From: Macrostomum lignano
Taxonomy: Eukaryota
Length of the DNA stretch: 64,000 bases
Assembly: GCA_002269645.1 (NCBI GenBank)
Contig: NIVC01003469.1
Span: 32,377-96,376 of the forward strand
Direction of reading: 5' to 3'
In this document: one piece after another, positions 43,161 to 54,429 of the stretch
How positions within the stretch are numbered: position 1 is the stretch's first letter
How the letters are laid out: each line of letters opens with the position of its first letter
The notes under the pieces: model-generated
The model's database searches: none
What the model saw: the letters and a program-made list of their open reading frames with translations, nothing else
Told to the model about the DNA's origin: nothing
Made by a program: the position numbers and the translations under genes

Positions 43161-43357
43161 CAGCAGCTTCGAGTATCTCTTACGATCAGACGGCGAGGTG
43201 CCCAAAACAGCTATGAGCAAAGTCAGATGGGCAAACAGGCGCTGCAGGAGATAAAAAATCGACAAATGGAGATCAGTAGCCAAACGTATGCCAGGTTTAT
43301 TGATCGGTTTTCATTAAATTCATGACATTCTTCAACAATATTTTCTTTCGTTTTCTC

Positions 43358-43515
43358 CAAGGACTACTCAAGTAGGACACGAAGCTACGTTTCTTGGGAA
43401 ATTTTAGGGGCAGGTTTTACTAGTCTCCTATCACCGTAATGTTTTTTGGGTAAAATCTGTCTCCTAAATTTTCCATGAAACACAGTTTCCTGTCCTTCTA
43501 CTTGAGTAGTCCTTG
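43358..43515. mobile_element. hAT-type MITE, 158 bp
   Basis: TIR CAAGGACTACTCAAGTAG; 8-bp TSD GTTTTCTC (43350-43357, 43516-43523). Confidence 0.85.
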
Positions 43516-45002
43516 GTTTTCTCCAGCTAGCCAACACAGCTATAATACAATTTTGAAGCTTTATGGTACAATATATTCAATGCGTTCAAGTAATGTAATT
43601 AACCGATGTGTGTCAGCAGGTGAAAGGTAACTTTCTTAAATATACGGTTTTACAAATAGACATGTTTTTGTTTCGTACCGCGAGTTGTTATCTGAAGACC
43701 AAAACTAAACACCTCTGCCAATTTCTTACACTAAATTTGATTTTTACGAAGCCATTTTGAACAGTTAGGGCACATTTGGAAACAAAACATTAGGATGTGA
43801 AGCCTGCTATAGTCGTAAAAACATCTTTAAAACGTTAGTGCGTTTGTGCACAGAGATAAAACATAGTTTCTTGGAGCGTATATTTAATCGAGCTACGGTA
43901 ATATATTGTCACTGCCAACGGGCGGCTACAATGTTACTCAATAGTTGAAGGGGCCAGCGCTAGTGCACGTTTGTCGAGAGAGTTATAGCTAGTCAGAGAA
44001 AAGCTTCAAGGCTGGAGGAGCGTGCACTACATCTCTTCTCGAACCAAAAAAGTACAAAGCCCATAATGCGATAATTTCGCAGATTAGCGGAACGACATTA
44101 GGGAACAGGTGTGTCAGCCAGTGGTTGGGTTTAATTTACGTAAGCATGTACATGCGATGCGTTTAGTTTGTAGGGTGCGGCTGTGTTGCTATGACATTGT
44201 GGTTTGTGGACGTGCTGTCGAGCAGAGCAGCCAGTCGACCTCTCAGAGACCGTCGCACAGCTTTGGTCACTTTCTGGCGAAGTACCAGTCAAAATTAGCG
44301 GCGTGCACCGTCTGATTATCAGCTTCCAGCCGCTGAACGCTTGCACGATGTCCTGGTGCTGGCGTCTCCTTGACGGAACCGCCTGCGCCTGCCGCGCCAT
44401 GGGGGGGGCAGCCAGAATTTCCTCTGCAGCCGATCGATGGCCTTCCTCCGGCCAACTGAAGCGCTGCGGCTACAACGATCCTGCTGTCCGTGAGCAGCAC
44501 CGTTTCATTCGCGGGGGCACCTTGGAGCAGCTTTACGAGGCCTTGGTGGAATCGTAGAATGACGTCATGCACTTTAGCACCGTATGGGTCGGAGACAGGG
44601 AACTGGCGCTGAATTATCTGGTACCGACAGACAGAGGAACTCCTTCAAGTTGTTCGTACGTGACCTGGACTAGCGAGGCGCTGGAATGGACTAATATGTT
44701 CGCAGGAGGACTGCAAGCCGAAACAATGGCGCAACTAATTTTCGTGCACACAAGCCCCAAATGAATGCGGCCGCACATGGAATCCAACCAAGGGTCGAGG
44801 AGTGAGGAATCAGACTTTTTTGCTGCGCCTCTCTGCTCCCGAAGCTGCTGCTTAAATAAACACATCATGCTTTAAACTGAGCAAAAAATCACCAAAACCA
44901 AAATCTGTCTTCAAATCTATGGCGAAAGCTTTCTCAAATGTTACTGAGTAAAAAGAACCAATAATTATGAATGAAGAGAAATTTGAAAGTGAAACCGATG
45001 CC

Positions 45003-45882
45003 ATGCCTTCTGATGCGGTTCAATCTGTGCTCGCCGTCTACCTATTGGTTGCTCTGTTTTTTATTCTACCTCGAGATGCCGACAGCTGCCCTAGGAGAGG
45101 TAACTGAGTCTAAGGACTTCTTAAACTCATGCTTAAGCTCATGCTTCTATTAAAACTGAAATTATTGCATGTGTATACACCCTTATTCTTTGTAAATTAT
45201 TAATCTATTTTAACCTTCAAAGCCGCAAACCTTGCACTTAAGGGCACATTCTCAATCAATGTACCACACCCTTGTCCCTCCGTCACACATCTAACAGTGC
45301 AGGGCGCATTCTCAATGTGTCACACACCTGTCTCTCCGTCACACACCTGCAGTGAAGGGCACATTCTCAATCAATGTATCACACCCTTGTCTCTCCGTCA
45401 CACACCTGCAGTGAAGGGCGCATTCTCAATGTGTCTCATTCCTGTCTCTCCGTCACACACCTGCAGTGAAGGGCGCATTCTCGATGTGTCACACCCCTGT
45501 CCCTCCGTCACACACCTGTAGTGAAGGGCGCATTCTCAATGTGTCTCATTCCTGTCTCTCCGTCACACACCTGCAGTGAAGGGCGCATTCTCAATGTGTC
45601 ACACCCCTGTCTCTCCGTCACACACCTGCAGTGAAGGGCGCATTCTCAAAGAGAGTCCCCAAGCCTCCGAGCCCGCCAGCCACAAAGTATGAAACGCAAG
45701 CAATGGCGCAACAGTTGAAAAGGCTTAAAGAGGCCGGAAAAGTCAAGGTTGTCAACATGAAGCAGCAGAATGCTTTCAGCAAGAACCCGACGCCAAATTT
45801 CAACTCAGCGCCAAAGCCCCCAGCAATGGCTAGCGGCTTTCAGGACGCCGTGAAGATGATGAGCAACGATAAGACCAGGTAG
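45003..45882 (+). CDS. Secreted Pro/Lys-rich peptide, CPRR family copy 2, join(45003..45099,45632..45882)
   Basis: MPSDAVQSVLAVYLLVALFFILPRDADS-CPRR, GT donor at 45100, acceptor at 45630-45631, then VKGAFSKRVPKPPSPP... Confidence 0.75.
45233..45650 (+). repeat. ~55-bp tandem array (8 units) spanning the intron-exon 2 boundary of copy 2
   Basis: Units of type CACACCTGCAGTGAAGGGCGCATTCTCAATGTGTC..; most carry YAG plus the first codons of exon 2. Confidence 0.9.
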
Positions 45883-47347
45883 CATCACGGACAAAGGATG
45901 CGTTCAGTACTTGTTCGCCAAATTCAAAACACAGTTCTAGACATGAGACTGTAAACGTTTCTACGGGCACAAGACCAACACTGTTGTGCCACCGGTTTAT
46001 CTTATTTGCCTTTTAGAACGTTTTATACCTAATTGTTTATTTGACAAGTAGCATCAAATTTGATAAATTTTAAGAGCTGAGCTTATAGCTAAGTGACTAT
46101 ACATATTGCACTACAATATTTTTGTTTTGTAAAGAATACAGTACTGGTTGATATACGAGCAGAGTACTCTGATATCATTTCTTGCGTTCAATATTCATTT
46201 ATTCATTTAAAATTTGACTCAGAGTCGAAAATCAGAGCAACGACAGGCCTCTCAAAGCCGTCAACAACTTCTTCAAGGCGTCGGCCAGTAAGTAGACGAC
46301 AAAACAACGGAGTGTGCGCGCATGTGATTGGGCGTCTGCAGCATCAGCAGCAGCCAGGGACTACGGGAAACGACAATATTTGGAGGCCGATCTATTAATA
46401 AGTTCGCATAACTTTGACAGGCTCTACCTTGTAATCAGTGAGTTTGTGTCTGTGGTAAAAACCTAGAGCCCCTAGTCTGCAGTCTTTTTGAGCAAGTCTA
46501 TCCGAAACTTGATCTCGGCCATGTACAGCTGGACGATCTCGACCATCACTTCGGCGATCACCGTGATCTGGTGAAACAGGTTTCACCTCGGACAGCCGGA
46601 ATACCGTTGTAGACAGCACACCTTGCAGGTCGGAAGGATACAGGTGACGTAAAAGAATCACGGAAAGTTCCGTCACCTGACCGTCAGCACCTTTGTCGAA
46701 AATCATGGCCTCAATTTTGTTCGACACCTAATTGCAGAGCAGAACTTAATGCTATGCTTTGATTCTCCTCATCTGGTCGAGCCCAGCTTCCAAGAAATAG
46801 CACCGATGCATGCCGTGGCTCATTCGTTTTCATGCCACCTCACTGAAGAGCCCACTCTTCATCATCCTCTTCATCACACGGACTCAAACCCAGGTGATGT
46901 CGCGAGACATGACACCTACATGTACTTTAAATGAGCCCGATTTAAATTAACTAAACGCTGGTAAAAACATCAAATCAAATTTTGTTCTAGCTTTTGGTCG
47001 TAATTTTTGCATTAAAATAAAGTAGCTACTTTTATTTTCTATTGGGATTGCGATAAGCTAAACTACTTGCGCGTAGATGCAAGCTTGTTGAGCCGTTGTA
47101 CTTTAGCTCAACCCGAAGTTTCAGTTATTGATTTAAAATCTCTGGAAGCTTAAAAGTCGACTTGAACTTTTTCGTGCCGTCTTTCTCTTTGACTGAAACA
47201 GTCTAAGGCTGCTTGTAGGCTGTTCTGATATGTCTATGGCTTAACCGTGTGCGACAGCTTAGTTGAGGTTGGAGTTAGTTGAGCTTTATGAAAGCTGCCT
47301 GCGAGACAAAGATTACTCACAACATAAAGCAACCGATAGCAACAAAC

Positions 47348-47864
47348 ATGCCTTCGTTAACGCTGCAAATACTGCTTGCTGTGTGCCTACTGGTGGCTCT
47401 GACTCTGCCAAGTGATGTGGAGTCCTGCCCTAGGCGAGGTAAGTGCAGAACAGATCTAGATTTTATCGGGGTTCTTGAATAATCTGATAGAAACTGATGT
47501 TTCCAGTAGATAACTTCCTGACCCCTTGCTCATAAAAATTTCCTAGAAACGTAGTTTCCCCTCCATGATGTCGCTGAAGGCGGTTCGCCAGGTTGCCCCC
47601 AGCTCTTCGGCAGATATTTGATTACATAATATTCAATATATGAACTTTCTGAAGCTGTCACCAACTTCTCTAAACACTGCTCACAATTTTGCAGTGAGGG
47701 GCGCGTTCTCGGGCAAGGTCCCCAAGCCGCCGCCTCCGAGGGCCCGAGTCACTCCGAAGTTAGCTAATAAATTGAAGCGACAAAATGCGTTCAAGAGGCC
47801 GAAGCCGCCGCCACGGCCAAAGTCGCCACAGGGTAGCACGCAGGCTGGTGCGAAAGCATTGTAA
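47348..47864 (+). CDS. Secreted cationic Pro/Arg/Lys-rich peptide, CPRR family copy 3, join(47348..47438,47695..47864)
   Basis: MPSLTLQILLAVCLLVALTLPSDVES-CPRR, GTAAGT donor, then VRGAFSGKVPKPPPPRARVTPKLANKLKRQNAFKRPKPPPRPK... Confidence 0.78.
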
Positions 47865-49883
47865 CGTTCCCAATCGGCTCGAGGCCCTTTGATGATCGCC
47901 ACAAAAGTAAAAAATTAATAGCTAGGCTTCGTCGAGCTGATGAGACGTCAAGTAACAGTATTGATATTCAGAAACCCTTGCAAAAAAATAAGTATTTTTT
48001 ATTATTTTTCATTAGTTTATTAAGACTTATTGTTATATCCTATCAGGCTTTAAGTAAAAGTCTGCGATTATCGTAATGTACAACATCCAGGTGTACTTTT
48101 TGTGCAGTACTATATGTACTTTTATTCCCGAATTCACGATGCAAACAAGCGTTGGATGCTTCAATGAAGTTATCGACACTAAGCAAAGACAAAGGCTTCG
48201 GGTCAAAGATTTTTTCCCCTTTGAAAAAATCGACCGAACACGACCCGTAAATCCAATGTGTTTTTTTGACGCGGTTTTGACTTCGTTGCGAGTGCAAGCA
48301 AATAAAATAAACAACTGAACCATAAGGAACTAAACTAGACAGGGATGCAAGTTGGGTGCAAATATTGATATCCGAGTAGTTTATTTTAAAACAAATGTAG
48401 CAAACTAATATATTTTTTAATTAATTACGTTCTACGCAATATTTTAATTTTTTTAAACCAACGTCAATTTGAGACCGTTTTGGTCGCGTAAAAAAGCTAA
48501 AAGCCAAAATGATTTCACTTGTTGACTACTTCAGTAAAAAACGAACGGTTCGATAATGCAAATGGCATGCAAAGTTCACTAGTAACAAGTGCACTATTTA
48601 ACCCCGAATGAATTCGGCCGCACTTGGAATCGAACCAAGGGCACAAGAGAATCAGATTCGTTGTTGCGCCTCTCTGGCCCTCTCTGGCCCTCCGAGTGTA
48701 ATCTGATTTGTCTTTTAGAAAGTTTCATACTTATTTGTGGATTTCACAAGTTGCATCAGATTTGATAAATTTTAAAAGATAAGCTTTTAGCTAAGTGACT
48801 GCATGACGCACTTTTTGTTATGTTCAGAAACCAGTACTAATTAATAGAGAAAATGTACTCTGATATCATTTATTGCGTTCCATATTCCTTTATTCATTTT
48901 AAATTTGATGGTAGAGTCGAAAAGCAGCGCAGCAGCACACCCTCAGGGCCGTCGACGACTATCTAATCGTCGGGCGAAGTACACTCTGTACCTTAGAGGT
49001 TGGCCCTCATGGAGTGAATCGCACACAGCAACCCACCGGCAACGTGTTCCCGCACAAGATTCTATTTAATGTGGAATCAAGCCATGGTGATTGTTTCAGA
49101 CACGACACATGCATGTACTCGTACTTTTAAGGGCCCGATCAAAATGAACCGAACACTCTTAAAAACAGCGAATTGAATTTCATTTAATTTGATTGAAAAA
49201 ATAAAAAAACATTGAAATTGATTTGATTGAGAAAGTTTGGCCGTAATTTTTTCATTAAAATAAAGTAGCTACTTTTCTTTTTGGAATCGCGGTAATTTGA
49301 ACTACGAGCGCGTAGGTGCAAGCTTATTGAGCTTTTGTGCTTTAGCTCAACGCGAAGTTGCAGTATTGATTAAAAATCTCTGGAAGCTCGAAAGTCGACT
49401 TGCCGTATCCTCTTTGACAGAAACGGTCCAAGGCTGCTCGTAAACATTCTGACATGTCTATGGTTTAAACGTGTGCGACAGCTTAGTTTAGGTACGAATT
49501 ACGAGATTGATGCGAGACAAAGATTGTCCACAACATATCGCAACAGATAGCAACACACACATACAGATAGCAACACACAATTTTATACGCAAAAAGCTCT
49601 TACGGGTTTGAATATCAATAAAGCTATAAGAAACGCAGGACTATACTAAAAGCTGAAAACTTAGCAGTCTTAGAAAGTCATGGCCGCTGTAATACCCTGT
49701 GAGGGTATGCATGAGTGCATTCCAGCGTACAATTATTGGCGTGCTTTGGAGTGCAGATTGCGGGGGAAGATTTCGCAAAGGCGTTTTGCTAGCCTTCAGC
49801 TCTTCGGCAAATATTTAATTACATAGTATATGGCCCTTCTGAAGCTGTCACCAACTTCTCTAAACACTGCTCACAATTTTGCA

Positions 49884-50174
49884 ATGAGGGGCGCGTTCTC
49901 GGGCAAGGTCCCCAAGCCGCCGCCTCCGAGGGCCCGAGTCACTCCGAAGTTAGCTAATAAATTGAAGCGACAAAATGCGTTCAAGAGGCCGAAGCCGCCG
50001 CCACGGCCAAAGTCGCCACAGGGGAGCACGCAGGCTGGGGGATTAAAGCGGTCGCATTCCAATGTTGATCAACTCACTAAAAACGGGCCGCCGCCACCAA
50101 AGCCGCCAAAAGGGCTCCTGGGTGGAAAAGTTTCGAAAGGATTGCAGCGTTCCCAATCAGCTCGAAGCCGTTAG
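49884..50174 (+). pseudogene. CPRR family copy 4: exon 2 only, signal exon lost, acceptor mutated
   Basis: Near-identical to copy 3 exon 2; GCAG|TG changed to GCAATG; no signal-peptide exon after the conserved upstream leader at ~49510-49570. Confidence 0.7.
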
Positions 50175-50899
50175 ATGACCGCCACAAAAGTCAAAAATCA
50201 ATAGCTAGGCTTCGAAAAGCTGATGAGACATCAAGTAACAGTATCGATTCGACATTCAGAAACCCCTACATAAACAAACTATTACTAAAAAGTATTTCGA
50301 TTCATTTTTTCATTAGTTTTTTTAAGATTTTTACCAGCAGGCTTTAGTAGAAGTCTGCGATCATCTTAATGTACTCGTACAAAATTCTGGCGTACTTTTG
50401 TGCAGTACTAAATGTACTTTAATTCACGGCTCCACAATGCAAACCAGCGTTGGATGCGTCATTGACGTTATCGACTAATCAAAGAGAAGAATTGGGTTAA
50501 AGAATTATTCCCGTATTTAAAATGTATCGAACGTGACCTGTGAAGCGAAGGTGTTCTTGGACGCGGTTCTGACTTCGTTGCGGGTGCAAATAAACAAAAT
50601 CAACAACTCAACCCCAAGCAACTTAACTTGAATGTAATTTGAATGTAAATATTCAAAAGCAAATATATTTGTTTTAATTTACCTTGTACGCTTTATTTTA
50701 AAAAATTAAGCTAACGTCAAATTTGTGACCGCTTTGGTCATAAACAGACGCTAAAATCCAAAAAATGATTTCACTTTTTGACTAAGAAACGATCATTTCG
50801 ATAATGCGAATGACCTGCAAAGTTTTACAGAACTTTATGTAGCTATAGTTTTTGAGTCACCCAAAGGAGGAGTCTGCTTTTCTCTACCTAATTTCTCGA

Positions 50900-52340
50900 A
50901 AGCATTGTTTATTGTTGCAGTTACTTACCTAATTACTCACTACTGACGGGGGGCGCAGGCTATCGCAATCCCAAGGTAAGAGTGACCAAGGATTAACCCT
51001 GGGGGTGCGCCCAGCCCCCGCCAGTAGTCGGCAGGTTCACGGGGGAGGCATCGGCGACCCTCATCCGGCCGGAGTCCCGGACGAAGGCGCGAAGGTCACG
51101 GATGTTGTTCGGGTTGGTCAGCTCGTCCGTCCGCTGGGGGTGGCCGAGGTATTTATTCCGCGCCTTGTTGAAGTAAGGGCTGAAGGTGACGTGATGCTCC
51201 GCGGTCTCCTCTCCTATGCCACAAAAAGGACAGGTGGGAGGGCAACCGGTTTGCAACGAGATATGTCTCTGGAAGAATCCATGGCCGGTTAGGACGATGC
51301 ACATCTCCCTGAGGTCGGTTCTGTTAAGCGAGTTCAGATAGTCAGAGACTTTCCTGTTCAGATTAAGCATGGCAGAGCGGGTCTGCCTGTAGTCGGTACA
51401 GCTTTCCGACTGTTGATATGGTGGGTGACTTGCGACCTGGGAGTGCGTAGCCTCATCAGACGGTGGTTGCCGTCTGGGTTGCTGCCCTCCTTGGCGAGAG
51501 AGTCCGCGAGCTCGTTGCCCAGGATATTGCTGTGACGGTCTTCGTGACGCTTATTTTTAGGCCATGCTGCTTGGTCCAGTCAGCCGCCTTGTCGGCGAAT
51601 TGCTGCATCAGGTTGCGCAGAGTGGCGGGGTCGGGTCTGCTGACGACCCCGGCAACGTCCTCGGCGCAGCCCGCCCTGTTAATACTGTTGGGAATGTCAG
51701 CGGTCAGGAGCTCGTCCATGACGAGGTTCAACAGAAGTGGAGTAAGCACGCCACCTTGCGGGCCGCCTTTCATCACCGCCCGGGTGCAGGTAACGCCCAT
51801 AAGCGTAGATGTCGCAAACCTATTGCGGGTCATAAAGTAAATCCAGCGGACAATTCTGTGTCTCACATTCCTGCGGGAAAGGGAGTTTCTGAAGGAGCGA
51901 AATAGAACGTTGTCAAAGGCTCCTTCGAAGTCAACAAACATTCCGCGAATTGTTTGCTAAAGATAGCACTCTCGATCTTGGAGCTAGCGGCATGGAGAGC
52001 GTGCTCAGTCGTCTTCCCAGGCTGGAAGGCGTACTGGAACTTACTGACGGGGTCGGAGCGCAGGTCACTCTCTCGAAGCCTCCACAGGATGAGCCTCTGC
52101 ATCAGCTTAACGCAAAAAGAGGTGAGGCTGATGGGTCGGAAGGATTTCACGTTGGTGTAGTCACCCTTGGCGGGCTTCGGGATGAACACGACTCTGGACA
52201 TTCTCCAGATCGTGGGAATATAACCTGTAGTAAAACAGTCAACAAATAATTTAGAGAGAGAATCAGCAAAATTTTGCAGCTTTAGCGCTTCCTGAAGGAT
52301 ACAGGGGGCGATGTTGTCAGGGCCAGGCGATTTTGTTGCA
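50900..52340 (-). mobile_element. Degraded non-LTR retrotransposon with RNase H (I-group/LOA-like), internally deleted; boundaries approximate
   Basis: FRPISLTS, FVDFEGAFD, PQGGVLTPLL, RNase [16 protein letters not shown]-terminal LTGHG..CPFC..ETAEH; frameshifts. Confidence 0.88.
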
Positions 52341-52691
52341 GTTACGAGTGCACGCTTAGGCTAAATGGGTAAAAATATTTGCCAGTATTTAAAAATTGAT
52401 GATTACACCGGTCCCAATTTGGCCAGATGTGAAGAGAAAAAGAGTCGTCGAAAGGTTGGCGACGCTCAGCCATGCAAGAGCAGATAAAAAGTAAAGAAAA
52501 CAGAGTGTGACAGTTTAGCTTCACGGGAGAGACTTCTTTCTTTCTCTTTTTTACTCTCCACCATAGAGTCAAGAACACAGATTTTATCAGAGTCTTCGAC
52601 TTTGTCTACGTGGTCCTATCGGGTAGGCTCGGGGTGAGTGAATCTGGGGTTAGAATTGTCTATGGCCGCTCTGCAGCCAGTGGGTTTTTTC

Positions 52692-53084
52692 CATGGATGA
52701 ATGAATATTGTAGAATGGATTGCTATTCTGGCTCTGGCTATTTTCGTTTTTGACTCTTTTGCATCCGGTTCCCCCCGTGCCTTTTCATTGGTTGATGATT
52801 GCCATAGACAATTTTCGTCCTTCGCCCCTTTCTTTCGATGCACAGGCGCAAAGAACTGAGAATGTCAGTTACTTGCAGAGAATATCGAGCGCTCGTAGGT
52901 CTTCCCCCTTTATTTCAAAACACGAGCGAAAGCGCTTGTGCATCGAAAGAAAGGGGCGAAGGCCGAAAATTGTCCACGGCAATCATCAACCAATGAAAAG
53001 GCACGGGGGGAACCGGATGCAAAAGAGCCAAAAACGAAAATAGCCAGAGCCAGAATAGCAATCCATTCTATTCATTCATCCATG
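52692..53084. mobile_element. Long-TIR MITE (hAT-like), 393 bp
   Basis: ~150-bp inverted arms starting CATGGATGAATGAA; 8-bp TSD GTTTTTTC (52684-52691, 53085-53092). Confidence 0.85.
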
Positions 53085-53109
53085 GTTTTTTCAGCGTGCT
53101 TTGGATTTC

Positions 53110-53287
53110 AGGCGGAGCTTAAGTGGTTAATTGCCGCTGCTAATGCTGGCACCCATTTTACAGCTGGGTAAATTGAAGCAATGCAGAGTTGTGTTTTGCT
53201 CCCGAACACAAATTGTTCCGAGTGGATCGAGAATCGAACCCTCGACCTTTCAGTTGTGAGTCCGACGCTCTAACCTCTATAGGCTAC
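53110..53287 (-). mobile_element. tRNA-derived SINE with CORE-like segment
   Basis: tRNA-like head GTAGCCTATAGAGGTTAGAGCG..GGGTTCGATTC followed by CAATTTACCCAGCTGTAAAATGGG, similar to the MIR/CORE motif. Confidence 0.65.
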
Positions 53288-54429
53288 AAAGTTTTCAAGT
53301 TGCGCACCTGTTTCTAATAAAATTTATGGGTGTGGTCTTGCTTACCTCATCGCCTCTCCAATCCGGAACAGTTATATTCGTCTCGTATTTCGATTATTAT
53401 CAAAAGAAGTTTGTCAACGATGGATTTATAAACCCCTTTCGCATGCATGCTTGACTCATTCAGCGGCCGAAGTTGTCAGTCGACCCCTCACAACATTTCA
53501 CCCCCGGCCACACAACCTGCAACTTGAGGTTGAGCAAAAAGCGGCAAAGATCAGACTCGTACTGTACTTCCCACCTGGACTGAAAGCTAAGCCAAGGGGA
53601 AATCGAATGAGCCATGAATGGCATTCAGAACTTATCGAACACCACCTTCAACAATCAATTACATACGATCGAGCAGACCAAACTTTTGGATAATTAAACA
53701 TATGAATTCGAATTCCACTTGGCTACTATTAGTATCTAGCAGCTTAAAACCGACAAATTCATCATTGAAATTCTAGAACTGTACATTTTTGTCAACTTGA
53801 TCCAAAGGCCATCTGTCTATCGATGGCGGAGTGAATACCACAAGTCATATACAATAGTTCAACTCACAGAGCTTACAAAGGTGATCAGTGAAGATCTCGG
53901 TAGCTTTGCACTCTAAATATAGCATTGAAGTGGCCGGAATATGCCACTCTGTCTAGAGCAAGTCAAGATGGCACAGCAGCTAAGCAAGAGCGCAGTGTGT
54001 ATAGCAATTTCACAAGAAAAAAAGCAAAACAAAAAGAGCAAAATACGAGCTACATTAGTTGAATTTTTTAGCAGTGGGTATTTGGTAGATGGTAACTATA
54101 AATTATAAGTTCGCAACAATTGAAACAAAGATCGGTGCAATTAGTTTTAACAAATCACATCTTGCTGATCCGATGATTTGTGAGTCAATCGTGGGGATAC
54201 AGTAGAACGTTACAAGCTTGCTCAGGTTTTGCTCAAGCCATCGTTAATTTAGTTAATGGTTACTAAATTAATTTTATTTCATCATGCTCAGTAGCGAGAA
54301 GATTTTTCTGTTGTTTTGCGTAAAACTTTTGTACTTTTCTCGTAATTGTGTTTGGTGCGCGGCGGTTTTACAAGGCACAAAACTTATGTATTCGAAAAAA
54401 TCATTCAGGCTGATTGAGCACAGACTCAA

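Noticed and set aside
44100-44870. Cluster of short GC-rich ORFs
   Set aside because: No recognisable motifs or consistent splice structure
46395-46727. 110-aa minus-strand ORF in an insert absent from the duplicated unit
   Set aside because: Probably a TE fragment, but no motif supports a call
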